A program made the translations under genes and the position numbers. From Candidatus Thalassarchaeaceae archaeon (GTDB lineage: Archaea > Thermoplasmatota > Poseidoniia > MGIII > CG-Epi1): 57,437 nt of DNA. The notes under the pieces are model-generated. The model did no database searches, was not told the origin of the DNA, and saw nothing but the letters and a program-made list of their open reading frames with translations. Below are positions 43,118-50,393 of this stretch, piece by piece (position 1 is the stretch's first letter; the number at the start of each line of letters is the position of its first letter). Location of the stretch: positions 1 to 57,437 of the forward strand of contig CAUZDT010000002.1 in NCBI GenBank assembly GCA_963578705.1. Reading direction: 5' to 3'.

Positions 43118-43929
43118 GTGAACACCTGCCCCGTGTCCTGTCCCCACTTGAGCAACGGCACGATACTGAGCCCGATCGGCGTCAGCTCCACCAGCTGTCG
43201 CGAGCGCGAGTGCTTGGCACCCCGCATCTTGACCACTTGCAGCGTGCGTAGCAGGTCCCCCTGCCGCTGGACGTTCCCCATCAGGATAACTCCGTCAGCG
43301 ACCGCTTCTTCAACGCCGAAGATGGAGTAGGTCTGCGTACGCGCGTCGACGACAGTCTCGGAGATGAGCATGGTGGTACAACCGAAGGTGGCCAGGAACT
43401 GCCCCAGCCGGAAAATGAAGTTACGGATAGCTCCCTTGTCGGGGAGTTGATAGCAGATAGCGGTAATCGAGTCAATCACCAGTCGCGTAATTTGGAGTTC
43501 GTCGACGATATCCTCGAACGCCCCCAGCAGTGCCTCCATGTCCTTGGAGGTGTAGGAGCCATCGAGCCGCTCGACTCCCAGTCGGTCGTTGATAATCCCA
43601 AGGTCGAAGACATTCAGCTTCCCCTCGGTGACCAGCGAATCTTCGAAAAACCCGTAAGTTCGCAGGTTCTCTAGCATCTTGGAGGAGGGCTCGGTAACCG
43701 AGATGTAACAGGTGGTCTCACCTTGCTTGGCTCCATTAATCAGGTACTCCATCGCCAGCGTGGTCTTTCCCGAGCCGACGGTGCCTGCCAGCAGGGTAGT
43801 GTTACCGATGGGGATGCCGCCGTTGAGGATGCGGTCCAGCCCCTCAATGTGGGTCATGGACTTCTCGCGCGGCCGGCCGCCGCGGGGGTCCAGCATCACC
43901 CTCTTCGGTTTTACGTTTTCTTCCGCCAT
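43114..43929 (-). CDS. KaiC/RecA-superfamily ATPase (single domain), paralog 1
   Basis: ORF 43114..44070 trimmed to ATG 43929, giving 271 aa. IEGLDRILNGGIPIGNTTLLAGTVGSGKTTLA, RLVIDSITA, ...LQVVKMRGAKH... Confidence 0.78.
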   Translation of the reverse strand: MAEENVKPKRVMLDPRGGRPREKSMTHIEGLDRILNGGIPIGNTTLLAGTVGSGKTTLAMEYLINGAKQGETTCYISVTEPSSKMLENLRTYGFFEDSLVTEGKLNVFDLGIINDRLGVERLDGSYTSKDMEALLGAFEDIVDELQITRLVIDSITAICYQLPDKGAIRNFIFRLGQFLATFGCTTMLISETVVDARTQTYSIFGVEEAVADGVILMGNVQRQGDLLRTLQVVKMRGAKHSRSRQLVELTPIGLSIVPLLKWGQDTGQVFT

Positions 43930-43931
43930 GA

Positions 43932-44357
43932 TTATTCCTCGATAAGGTACTGGTCGATAAGGTACTGGCGGACCCGCTTTTTCAACGTTCTCTCGGTAAT
44001 CCCTTCTTCCTGAGCAGTGTCGTGGACATTCTGTAGTTCTCGCTGCACTTCCACCGGGAGCTCGGCCCACTCGACCGGAGGCTTCTTCGGCAGCAGCCCG
44101 CGCAGGTCAACCGGGTTGGCGTCGGCGAAGACCGAGGCGAAGCGCTCGCGCACGCGGTCCTCGAAGTATTTTTCGGCTTCCCGTTCGCACTCGTTGTAGG
44201 TATTGACCAGCTGTTCCTCGATGACCGGCCCCAGATCCTCCATGAAGACTCCTTCGGGCAGGAAATGGTGGTACCAGCTGCCATCCTCGTGCAGCACATC
44301 CAGATGCGTGCGGTTGTACGCGTCAATCAGCGGCGTCTCGTATTCTTCCTTTGCCAT
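43932..44357 (-). CDS. hypothetical acidic protein, first gene of the KaiC-like operon
   Basis: 141 aa. Its stop lies 2 nt before the next ATG. A TATA-like catatatag lies ~35 nt upstream. The C-terminus QYLIDQYLIEE is encoded by a 15-bp tandem duplication (43940-43969). No family recognised. Confidence 0.5.
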   Translation of the reverse strand: MAKEEYETPLIDAYNRTHLDVLHEDGSWYHHFLPEGVFMEDLGPVIEEQLVNTYNECEREAEKYFEDRVRERFASVFADANPVDLRGLLPKKPPVEWAELPVEVQRELQNVHDTAQEEGITERTLKKRVRQYLIDQYLIEE

Positions 44358-44400
44358 GCCTCGTCTCGGAGCCCGTCGAGGACCGTGCTATATATGAGGA

Positions 44401-46515
44401 TTAGCCTCCGCCCAGCAGCGGCAGTACGTAGTAGATGGCGAGCACGGTCCCCATCAGTGCCTCGCCCACGATCAGCCCGGTCGCAATCATGTAGGTGTTG
44501 AGCAGCTTCAGTGTGCGCCCCTTCTCGCTGAGCCCCTCGCGTTCAACTGCCGGCTCCAGCACTTTCAGCTCCCATAGGTCACGCATTGCCCCGCCGACGA
44601 CCATCGGCAGCGTCACCACCATCGGCAGGTACATTCCCAGTCCGAAGGCGGTCCCCATCCCGGTTAGCAGCTCCATGAAGATGCCGATGCCGAAACCGAG
44701 CCCCAGTAGCTGCCACGGCGTCTCGCCACCGAGCATAATTTGCGCGAAAGCGGCGAATGCGTTCGCCTGCGGTGCGTAGAGCACCAGTTCGCCGCGCGCG
44801 AGCGCCAGCGAGAGGATTCCCGCAAACAGCGCTGAGACAATCGTGCCGGGGATGATGCCGACCAGTTCGGTCTTCATGATGTGCATCGGCCGGTTGCCGA
44901 CGTAGAGCGCCGCCTTGTAGTCGCCAATCACGGTTCCCGACATCGAAATCGCGCCGCCGAAGACGGTCGTGCCGACCAGCGAAAGCAGTGCCGCGTCGCT
45001 CGCCGCGAGTCCCAGCAGGTTCTTGAAAATCAGCACCAGCATCAGCAGCACGATGAACGAAGTGCCCGATACGGGCTCGATGCTGGTCTCGCCCATCACC
45101 TTGACGGCAATCGCTCCCAGCGCAAACGTGGTCAGGCAGAGCACCAGCGCAAAGACGAAGGAGGGGACGAAGCCGAACTCGGTTGCGAACACCAGCGTAA
45201 TCCCGACCAGCGTCACCACCAGCATGACGGGAATATGCGTTACCGGCCACTCATACCAGCCTTTGCCCTCGACGTAGTCGCGCCGCGCGACATCGTCGCC
45301 GCCGGCAAAGATGGCGATAACGTCCGCCGCGGTGGTGCGGAAGACCGGCGCCATCTTCAGTAGCGCGGTGATGCCGCCGCCCAGGATGGCGCCAATCGCC
45401 ATCGGGCGCGCGACGTAGGCGTACGATTTCAGCGACGCCGCGGGGTAGGCAGAGACGGCGTGGTAGAGCCCGTCGACTGGGTAATAAAAGGGATAATCAA
45501 GGGCGAACGCCATCGGCGTCACGACGAACCACGTGAAAAACGTCCCGAGGCTCACCAGCATTGCGACACGGAATTTCATGAACCAGCCGATGGCGCCCAT
45601 CAGCGGAGTGAACTCGAAGCCGAGCCAGGTGTAGTTGGTGATTCCCGAGTCGAACGGCACCATCAGGCCGCCGCCTTCGTAATAGCGCTCGACCCCCAGT
45701 CCGTGCGCCCCCTTGTCGAGCACCGAGGTGCGAATCGGGTCACCCGCCGCGTCAACTGCGCCGGTGGAGAAAACCGGGAAGTCGCGCAGGAAAGTGAAAA
45801 TCCCGACCAGCAGGGTCGAGATTCCGACCAGCCAGATTGAGTGGCGGGCGCTCTCGACCGAACCGGTCGAGGTCTCGCGCGCGATGTCCATCAGCTTGAC
45901 GTTGGCTTCGAAGCCCGGCAGCGGCAGTGGGTCTTCGACCAGCCAGACGCGCCGAAAGATGATGAAGTAGAGCACGCCCAGCATCCCGCCCAGGATTGAA
46001 GCCACCAGCGCTACCCCCGCCAGTACCCACGACTCGGGCAGTAGTAGCGAGGCGTCGACGAGATGGCTGCCGTCCGCCATGCGGTATTTCGAGGAGTAGG
46101 CGAGCAGATAGATGGCGGGATACGTAAACACGAAACCGGTGCAGACCATTGAGGCGCCGGTCGAGGCGGAGGCGGAGAGGTTCACTTCGCCCGGGGTCCA
46201 GCGCAGCGCCATCGCCGTCAGGTAGGCGACGTACCACGAGCCGGAGACAATCATCCCGACCTTGAGCCCGACGTACTGGTTGATGACTGCGAACAGGATG
46301 CCGATGACCAGCCCCAGCATAATCTGGTCCCACTTCCAAGTCGTCGAACCGAAGCCTTCGGTGCGCGACTTCTCCTCGAGATATTCCTCCAGCACCTCGG
46401 TGTTGAAGTTGGAGTACATCTCGGGGTCGAAGTAATCGAGCGTCCCCTCTTCGATAGCGCGCAGCCCTTCGGGGGTTGGCGGCTGCCGATACGGTGACGT
46501 CCTTACTTTTGCCAT
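44401..46515 (-). CDS. OPT-family oligopeptide transporter
   Basis: ORF to 46533 trimmed to ATG 46515, giving 704 aa and more than 14 TM segments. The N-terminal ...LGLVIGILFAVINQYVGLKVGMIVSGS... is an OPT-type motif. Confidence 0.7.
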   Translation of the reverse strand: MAKVRTSPYRQPPTPEGLRAIEEGTLDYFDPEMYSNFNTEVLEEYLEEKSRTEGFGSTTWKWDQIMLGLVIGILFAVINQYVGLKVGMIVSGSWYVAYLTAMALRWTPGEVNLSASASTGASMVCTGFVFTYPAIYLLAYSSKYRMADGSHLVDASLLLPESWVLAGVALVASILGGMLGVLYFIIFRRVWLVEDPLPLPGFEANVKLMDIARETSTGSVESARHSIWLVGISTLLVGIFTFLRDFPVFSTGAVDAAGDPIRTSVLDKGAHGLGVERYYEGGGLMVPFDSGITNYTWLGFEFTPLMGAIGWFMKFRVAMLVSLGTFFTWFVVTPMAFALDYPFYYPVDGLYHAVSAYPAASLKSYAYVARPMAIGAILGGGITALLKMAPVFRTTAADVIAIFAGGDDVARRDYVEGKGWYEWPVTHIPVMLVVTLVGITLVFATEFGFVPSFVFALVLCLTTFALGAIAVKVMGETSIEPVSGTSFIVLLMLVLIFKNLLGLAASDAALLSLVGTTVFGGAISMSGTVIGDYKAALYVGNRPMHIMKTELVGIIPGTIVSALFAGILSLALARGELVLYAPQANAFAAFAQIMLGGETPWQLLGLGFGIGIFMELLTGMGTAFGLGMYLPMVVTLPMVVGGAMRDLWELKVLEPAVEREGLSEKGRTLKLLNTYMIATGLIVGEALMGTVLAIYYVLPLLGGG

Positions 46516-46545
46516 GCGGGAACGGCTCCGCACGCGGTGCCGCGG

Positions 46546-46962
46546 TTAAACCGGTTTGGGGGCGGGCTCGACCAGTTCCAGCAGCACCCCCCCTGTGTCG
46601 CGTGGGTGGAAGAACGCGACGCGCATTCCCTCGGCGCCGTCGCGTGCCTCGCCGCCCAGCGGCTCCAACCCGGCGGCGCTGCAACGCTGCAGCGCCGCCG
46701 TCAAGTCAGGAACCTCGAGCGCGACGTGGTGCAATCCGGGCCCCTGCCGCTCCAGGAAGCGGCCGACGGGCGTATCGCCAGCGAGCGGCTCGAGCAGCTC
46801 CACCTCACTCCCACCGGCTGCCAGGTGCGCGGTGCGCACTCCCTCGGATGGAACGTCCTCGGTATGCCGCAGCTCGAGGCCCAGAGCTTTCCACAGCGGC
46901 AGCGCTGCGTCAATGGATTCGACTGCTACTGCCACGTGCCGCAGCCGTGTCTTTTCACCCAC
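46546..46962 (-). CDS. VOC-family protein, methylmalonyl-CoA epimerase-like
   Basis: 138 aa. LRHVAVAVESIDAALPLW...VELLEPL...GPGLHHVALEV...FFHP..TGGVLLELVE. Confidence 0.65.
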   Translation of the reverse strand: MGEKTRLRHVAVAVESIDAALPLWKALGLELRHTEDVPSEGVRTAHLAAGGSEVELLEPLAGDTPVGRFLERQGPGLHHVALEVPDLTAALQRCSAAGLEPLGGEARDGAEGMRVAFFHPRDTGGVLLELVEPAPKPV

Positions 46963-46988
46963 GCAGCGTGAAGGTCGCGGCTAAATAG

Positions 46989-47918
46989 GTGTTTGCCGCA
47001 TCCACTCGCGTGCTCAGAACTAGATATTTCCAGCGGGACTTAAATATTTCAAACACCCATGGCAGAATTCTGTGGTCACAGAACCACTCTCCCACTCTCA
47101 GCCTTCTCCTGATTTTATCGATGATATTTTCCGGGCTTTACTACCTGCCTCATAACGCTGAAGCACAAGGTACTCCACAGTACAATGATGTTAGCAATGG
47201 TCTACCCACACAAGGTCTCTGGGTTTCCAAGGTCCGGCTTCATGATATTGACGATGGCGTGGATGTGCAATGGTCTGTGGCGGATGCGGACGGCGATCTC
47301 CTCGAAATAGACATTCTTTTCAGAAATTCCTCGAACACGGAACTTGCCACGATATCTTCAGGTTTGGTACCCTCCGGTAGCTTGTTCTGGGACACCAGTG
47401 CATTGGGTGAAGGTGATTACTACCTCGCCATAAGCGCCAGTGATGGGCGGGCCACTACATGGAGAAATGTAAGCGTGTCTATCATGCATCCAGAATTCCT
47501 GGTGGTACTGGCCCCAATTCAAGTTATTACCACAGATTCGAGTGAAGGTGACAACGTGGTTTTCTTCGTGATAGTAAGTAACGCGGGGGACCTTGACGGA
47601 ATTGCAGAACTGACATGGAGTGTGGATGGTGAGGCAGCCACAACGGCCTTGGTTGATTTGGTTGCGGACGCTGACGGCTTCTCGCAATTCGACTGGATAG
47701 CGACAAGCGGCGACCATACCATCACCGTCTCTGCCGGTGGAACCTCACAAGGTGTTATGGTTTCTGTATCCTCAGCTCCTGAAGTAAAAGTGGAGGAAGG
47801 TTTGAATCCATGGATTTTTTCAATACCCGTAATAGCTACGGTTGGAGGAATCGCCACCTTGCTCAGGAGAATGCGAGGAAGTGGCGGCGACGACGAGGAT
47901 GAGTTTGAGTGGGACTAG
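46989..47918 (+). CDS. surface protein with CARDB-like domain, C-terminal TM anchor and acidic tail (visibly lower GC)
   Basis: 309 aa, start uncertain (GTG 46989). Hydrophobic signal/anchor LSLLLILSMIFSGLYYLPHNAEA. The C-terminus IPVIATVGGIATLLRRMRGSGGDDEDEFEWD parallels the tail of the 29171 gene. Confidence 0.55.
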   Translation: MFAASTRVLRTRYFQRDLNISNTHGRILWSQNHSPTLSLLLILSMIFSGLYYLPHNAEAQGTPQYNDVSNGLPTQGLWVSKVRLHDIDDGVDVQWSVADADGDLLEIDILFRNSSNTELATISSGLVPSGSLFWDTSALGEGDYYLAISASDGRATTWRNVSVSIMHPEFLVVLAPIQVITTDSSEGDNVVFFVIVSNAGDLDGIAELTWSVDGEAATTALVDLVADADGFSQFDWIATSGDHTITVSAGGTSQGVMVSVSSAPEVKVEEGLNPWIFSIPVIATVGGIATLLRRMRGSGGDDEDEFEWD

Positions 47919-48636
47919 TCACGTGACCCTGCCCCCGGAAGACCACCCGAGATACAAATCCCTCATGGCCCGTGAGAAGTTGGTAGAAGCTGCTGATGCC
48001 GTCGCCAGGCAGGGGTTGATTGCCCATGGGAGAGGCGAGGCGTTCGATTATCTGTTAGGCGAACAAACATGTCCACCTGCGGTGGATGCAATCAGGGCCG
48101 CCTCATCTATGATGGTTGGTGCCACCAATCCAGTTATTTCGGTCAACGGGAATGTTGTTGCTCTGGCAGCCAGAGAAGTTGCACATCTTTCCGAGGTAAG
48201 TGGCGCCAAAGTCGAAATAAACCTGTTCCACCGAACTCCGGAACGGGTTGCAGCCTTGACCAGGATGATGGGTGATGCCGGGGTAAAGGCACTAGGGGAG
48301 AATGCTGATGCTAATATTCCTGGATTAACATCGGAAAGAGCAAAATGCTGCTCAGACGGAATAGGTTCGGCTGACGTCGTTCTTGTTCCACTTGAGGATG
48401 GAGCCCGTTGCCGAGCTCTGGTAGATATGGGAAAGCAGGTGATTACTATTGATCTAAACCCTCTTTCAAGAACAGCTCAAACTGCCCATGTCACAATAGT
48501 TGACGAACTGACACGGTGTCTGCCACTACTGACCGAGTCTGTCCGTGTCGGGGCTGTGGTCGAGGATTTTGATAACGAAAAAAATCTGCAAAAGGTAATT
48601 GACTTTATTTCTGATAGGCTTTCAAGAACGGAATAG
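47899..48636 (+). CDS. archaeal phosphopantothenate synthetase (4-phosphopantoate--beta-alanine ligase)
   Basis: ORF 47842.. trimmed to ATG 47899 (GTG 47923 is possible). ...HPRYKSLMAREKL...HGRGEAFDYLLGE...VISVNGNVVAL...EINLFHR...VVLVPLEDG...ITIDLNPLSRT... Confidence 0.72.
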   Translation: MSLSGTSHVTLPPEDHPRYKSLMAREKLVEAADAVARQGLIAHGRGEAFDYLLGEQTCPPAVDAIRAASSMMVGATNPVISVNGNVVALAAREVAHLSEVSGAKVEINLFHRTPERVAALTRMMGDAGVKALGENADANIPGLTSERAKCCSDGIGSADVVLVPLEDGARCRALVDMGKQVITIDLNPLSRTAQTAHVTIVDELTRCLPLLTESVRVGAVVEDFDNEKNLQKVIDFISDRLSRTE

Positions 48637-48647
48637 TCCGAACCAAA

Positions 48648-48725
48648 TGGTGCTCCCGCCGGGATTTGAACCCGGGTGTTCGGCTCGAGAGGCCGAGATG
48701 ATGGGCCGGACTACACCACGGGAGC
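48648..48725 (-). tRNA. tRNA-Glu (anticodon CUC), CCA encoded
   Basis: Reverse complement is GCUCCCGUGGUGUAGUCCGGCCCAUCAUCUCGGCCUCUCGAGCCGAACACCCGGGUUCAAAUCCCGGCGGGAGCACCA. It has a 7-bp acceptor stem, anticodon stem UCGGC/GCCGA with loop CUCUCGA, and T arm CCGGG-UUCAAAU-CCCGG. Confidence 0.9.
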
Positions 48726-48750
48726 GCCGGTCCGGCTGCGGGCTTTCACC

Positions 48751-48765
48751 TTAATAGTTTTCGTC
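48751..48765. repeat. 15-bp direct repeat, copy 1 (ttaatagttttcgtc)
   Basis: Exact copy of 49443-49457. It lies between tRNA-Glu and the cyclase-family gene stop. Confidence 0.9.
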
Positions 48766-48796
48766 GGGGCGCGCGCCGGCACACGCCGACGCGCGC

Positions 48797-49417
48797 TCAC
48801 TCGGTAATGAGCACCGCGCGCACCGGCGAGGCGTCACCGCCCTCCAGCCGCAGCGGGAAGGCGGCCAGCGTGTAGCAGCCGGGGGCGACGTGCTCCAGCA
48901 CCAGCCCTTCGAGGATGGCGATGCCGTGGTCGGCGGCCGCGCGGTGCGCCGGGAGGTCGCCCGACTCCTGCGGGTCGATGGATGGCGTGTCGATGCCGAC
49001 CAGCCGCACCCCCTGCGCGTGGAGCGACTCGATGAGTTCGGTGGAGAGGCTGGCAAAGTCCGGGGTCCATTGCTCGGGGTCGGGGAACGACCCGGTGCGG
49101 AAGAGCACGCGCGGCGCTTCCACCGGCGCGTCGAGGTCGCCGGGGCGGATGCGGCCGCTGCGCTTCGCAATAGCCACGACCTGACAGGCGCCGTAGCACG
49201 TTTCCAGCGCCAGCGTGTCGATTCCTTGCCCGTCAGCGGCGCAATGGCTCGGCGCGTCAAGATGTGCGCCGACGTGCAGTGTGGTGCGCAGCGCGCTCAG
49301 GCTGACGCTGTCGCCCGCCTCGCGGCTGGCACTGGCGGTGCGGGAGTAGGGGACGTCGCCGGGCCAGACGCGGATGCGCTCGGAGACCAGCGGCGAGATG
49401 TCGATGAGGCGAACCAT
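48797..49417 (-). CDS. cyclase-family protein (kynurenine formamidase-like)
   Basis: ORF to 49498 trimmed to ATG 49417, giving 206 aa. LHVGAHLDAPSH matches the HxGTHxDxPxH cyclase-family motif. Confidence 0.72.
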   Translation of the reverse strand: MVRLIDISPLVSERIRVWPGDVPYSRTASASREAGDSVSLSALRTTLHVGAHLDAPSHCAADGQGIDTLALETCYGACQVVAIAKRSGRIRPGDLDAPVEAPRVLFRTGSFPDPEQWTPDFASLSTELIESLHAQGVRLVGIDTPSIDPQESGDLPAHRAAADHGIAILEGLVLEHVAPGCYTLAAFPLRLEGGDASPVRAVLITE

Positions 49418-49442
49418 GCCGCCCGCCCGGCGTTCGCAGTCG

Positions 49443-49457
49443 TTAATAGTTTTCGTC
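49443..49457. repeat. 15-bp direct repeat, copy 2 (ttaatagttttcgtc), which is the 3' end (..DENY*) of the epimerase gene
   Basis: Exact copy of 48751-48765. The two copies bracket a 692-bp segment carrying only the cyclase-family gene. Confidence 0.9.
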
Positions 49458-50393
49458 CAGCCAGTGCGCAGTATCAACAATGGCGTCGCGGCTGCCAAAC
49501 TGCGGCGTCCAGCCGAATCCGCGCAGCCGCTCGACCGCCAGCAGCATCCGCTTCACGTCGCCCTCCCAGCCGCGGCCGCCGTCGACGCCGCCGGTGAAGT
49601 TATACTCTACGTCGGAGAGGCCGAGCGCCTCGCAGACCGCGTCGGCAACCGTCACGACGTCGATGCCGTCCTCCGAGCCGACGTTGAGTGCGGTGAAGCC
49701 GCCATCAGGGCACGCCTCCACCGGCGATACGGCGAGCATCCCGGCGATGCAGTCGGCGACGTGGAAGTAGGACTTGAACTGCTGGCCGTCGCCGAGAATT
49801 TCCAATGCAGCCGGGTCGGCCTGCAGTTTGTGGAAGAAATCGAAGGTGACGCCGTGGTTGCTGCGCGGACCGACACAGTTGGCGAAGCGGAACGAGATGG
49901 CGCGACCGCCCTCCGCCTCGCAGAAGCGCTCGATGAGCTGCTCCGCCTCGAGCTTGCTCTGGCCGTAGGCCGAAATCGGCGCCAGAGGCGCGTAATCCTC
50001 GGGAGTCGGCACGACGCTCGCCTCGCCGTAAACGGTCGAGGTCGAGGTGAAGACTATGTCGCGTACGTTGCAGCGCGCCATCGCCGCCAGCACGCCGCGC
50101 GCCGCGTCAACGTTCTGCCGGAACATCACCTCCGGCTCGGTAATGCCGGTGCGCACCTCGGGGTTGGCCGAGAGGTGCCAGACGATGTCCACTCCGTCGA
50201 GCAGCGCGTCGAAACCCTCGTCGAGCAGGTCCAGCTGGTGGAACTCGATGGAGCCGCGCACGCCGGCGAGGAAGTCAAGGCTCCCCGACGAGAGGTTGTC
50301 GAGCACGCTGACGCGGTCGCCTCGCGCGACCAGCGCGTCGACCAGGTGCGAGCCGATGAAGCCGGCGCCGCCAGTGACCAGCGAATGCGTCAT
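49443..50393 (-). CDS. NAD-dependent nucleotide-sugar epimerase/dehydratase (extended SDR)
   Basis: 316 aa. VTGGAGFIGSHLVDAL and YGQSK (YxxxK). Confidence 0.85.
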   Translation of the reverse strand: MTHSLVTGGAGFIGSHLVDALVARGDRVSVLDNLSSGSLDFLAGVRGSIEFHQLDLLDEGFDALLDGVDIVWHLSANPEVRTGITEPEVMFRQNVDAARGVLAAMARCNVRDIVFTSTSTVYGEASVVPTPEDYAPLAPISAYGQSKLEAEQLIERFCEAEGGRAISFRFANCVGPRSNHGVTFDFFHKLQADPAALEILGDGQQFKSYFHVADCIAGMLAVSPVEACPDGGFTALNVGSEDGIDVVTVADAVCEALGLSDVEYNFTGGVDGGRGWEGDVKRMLLAVERLRGFGWTPQFGSRDAIVDTAHWLDENY

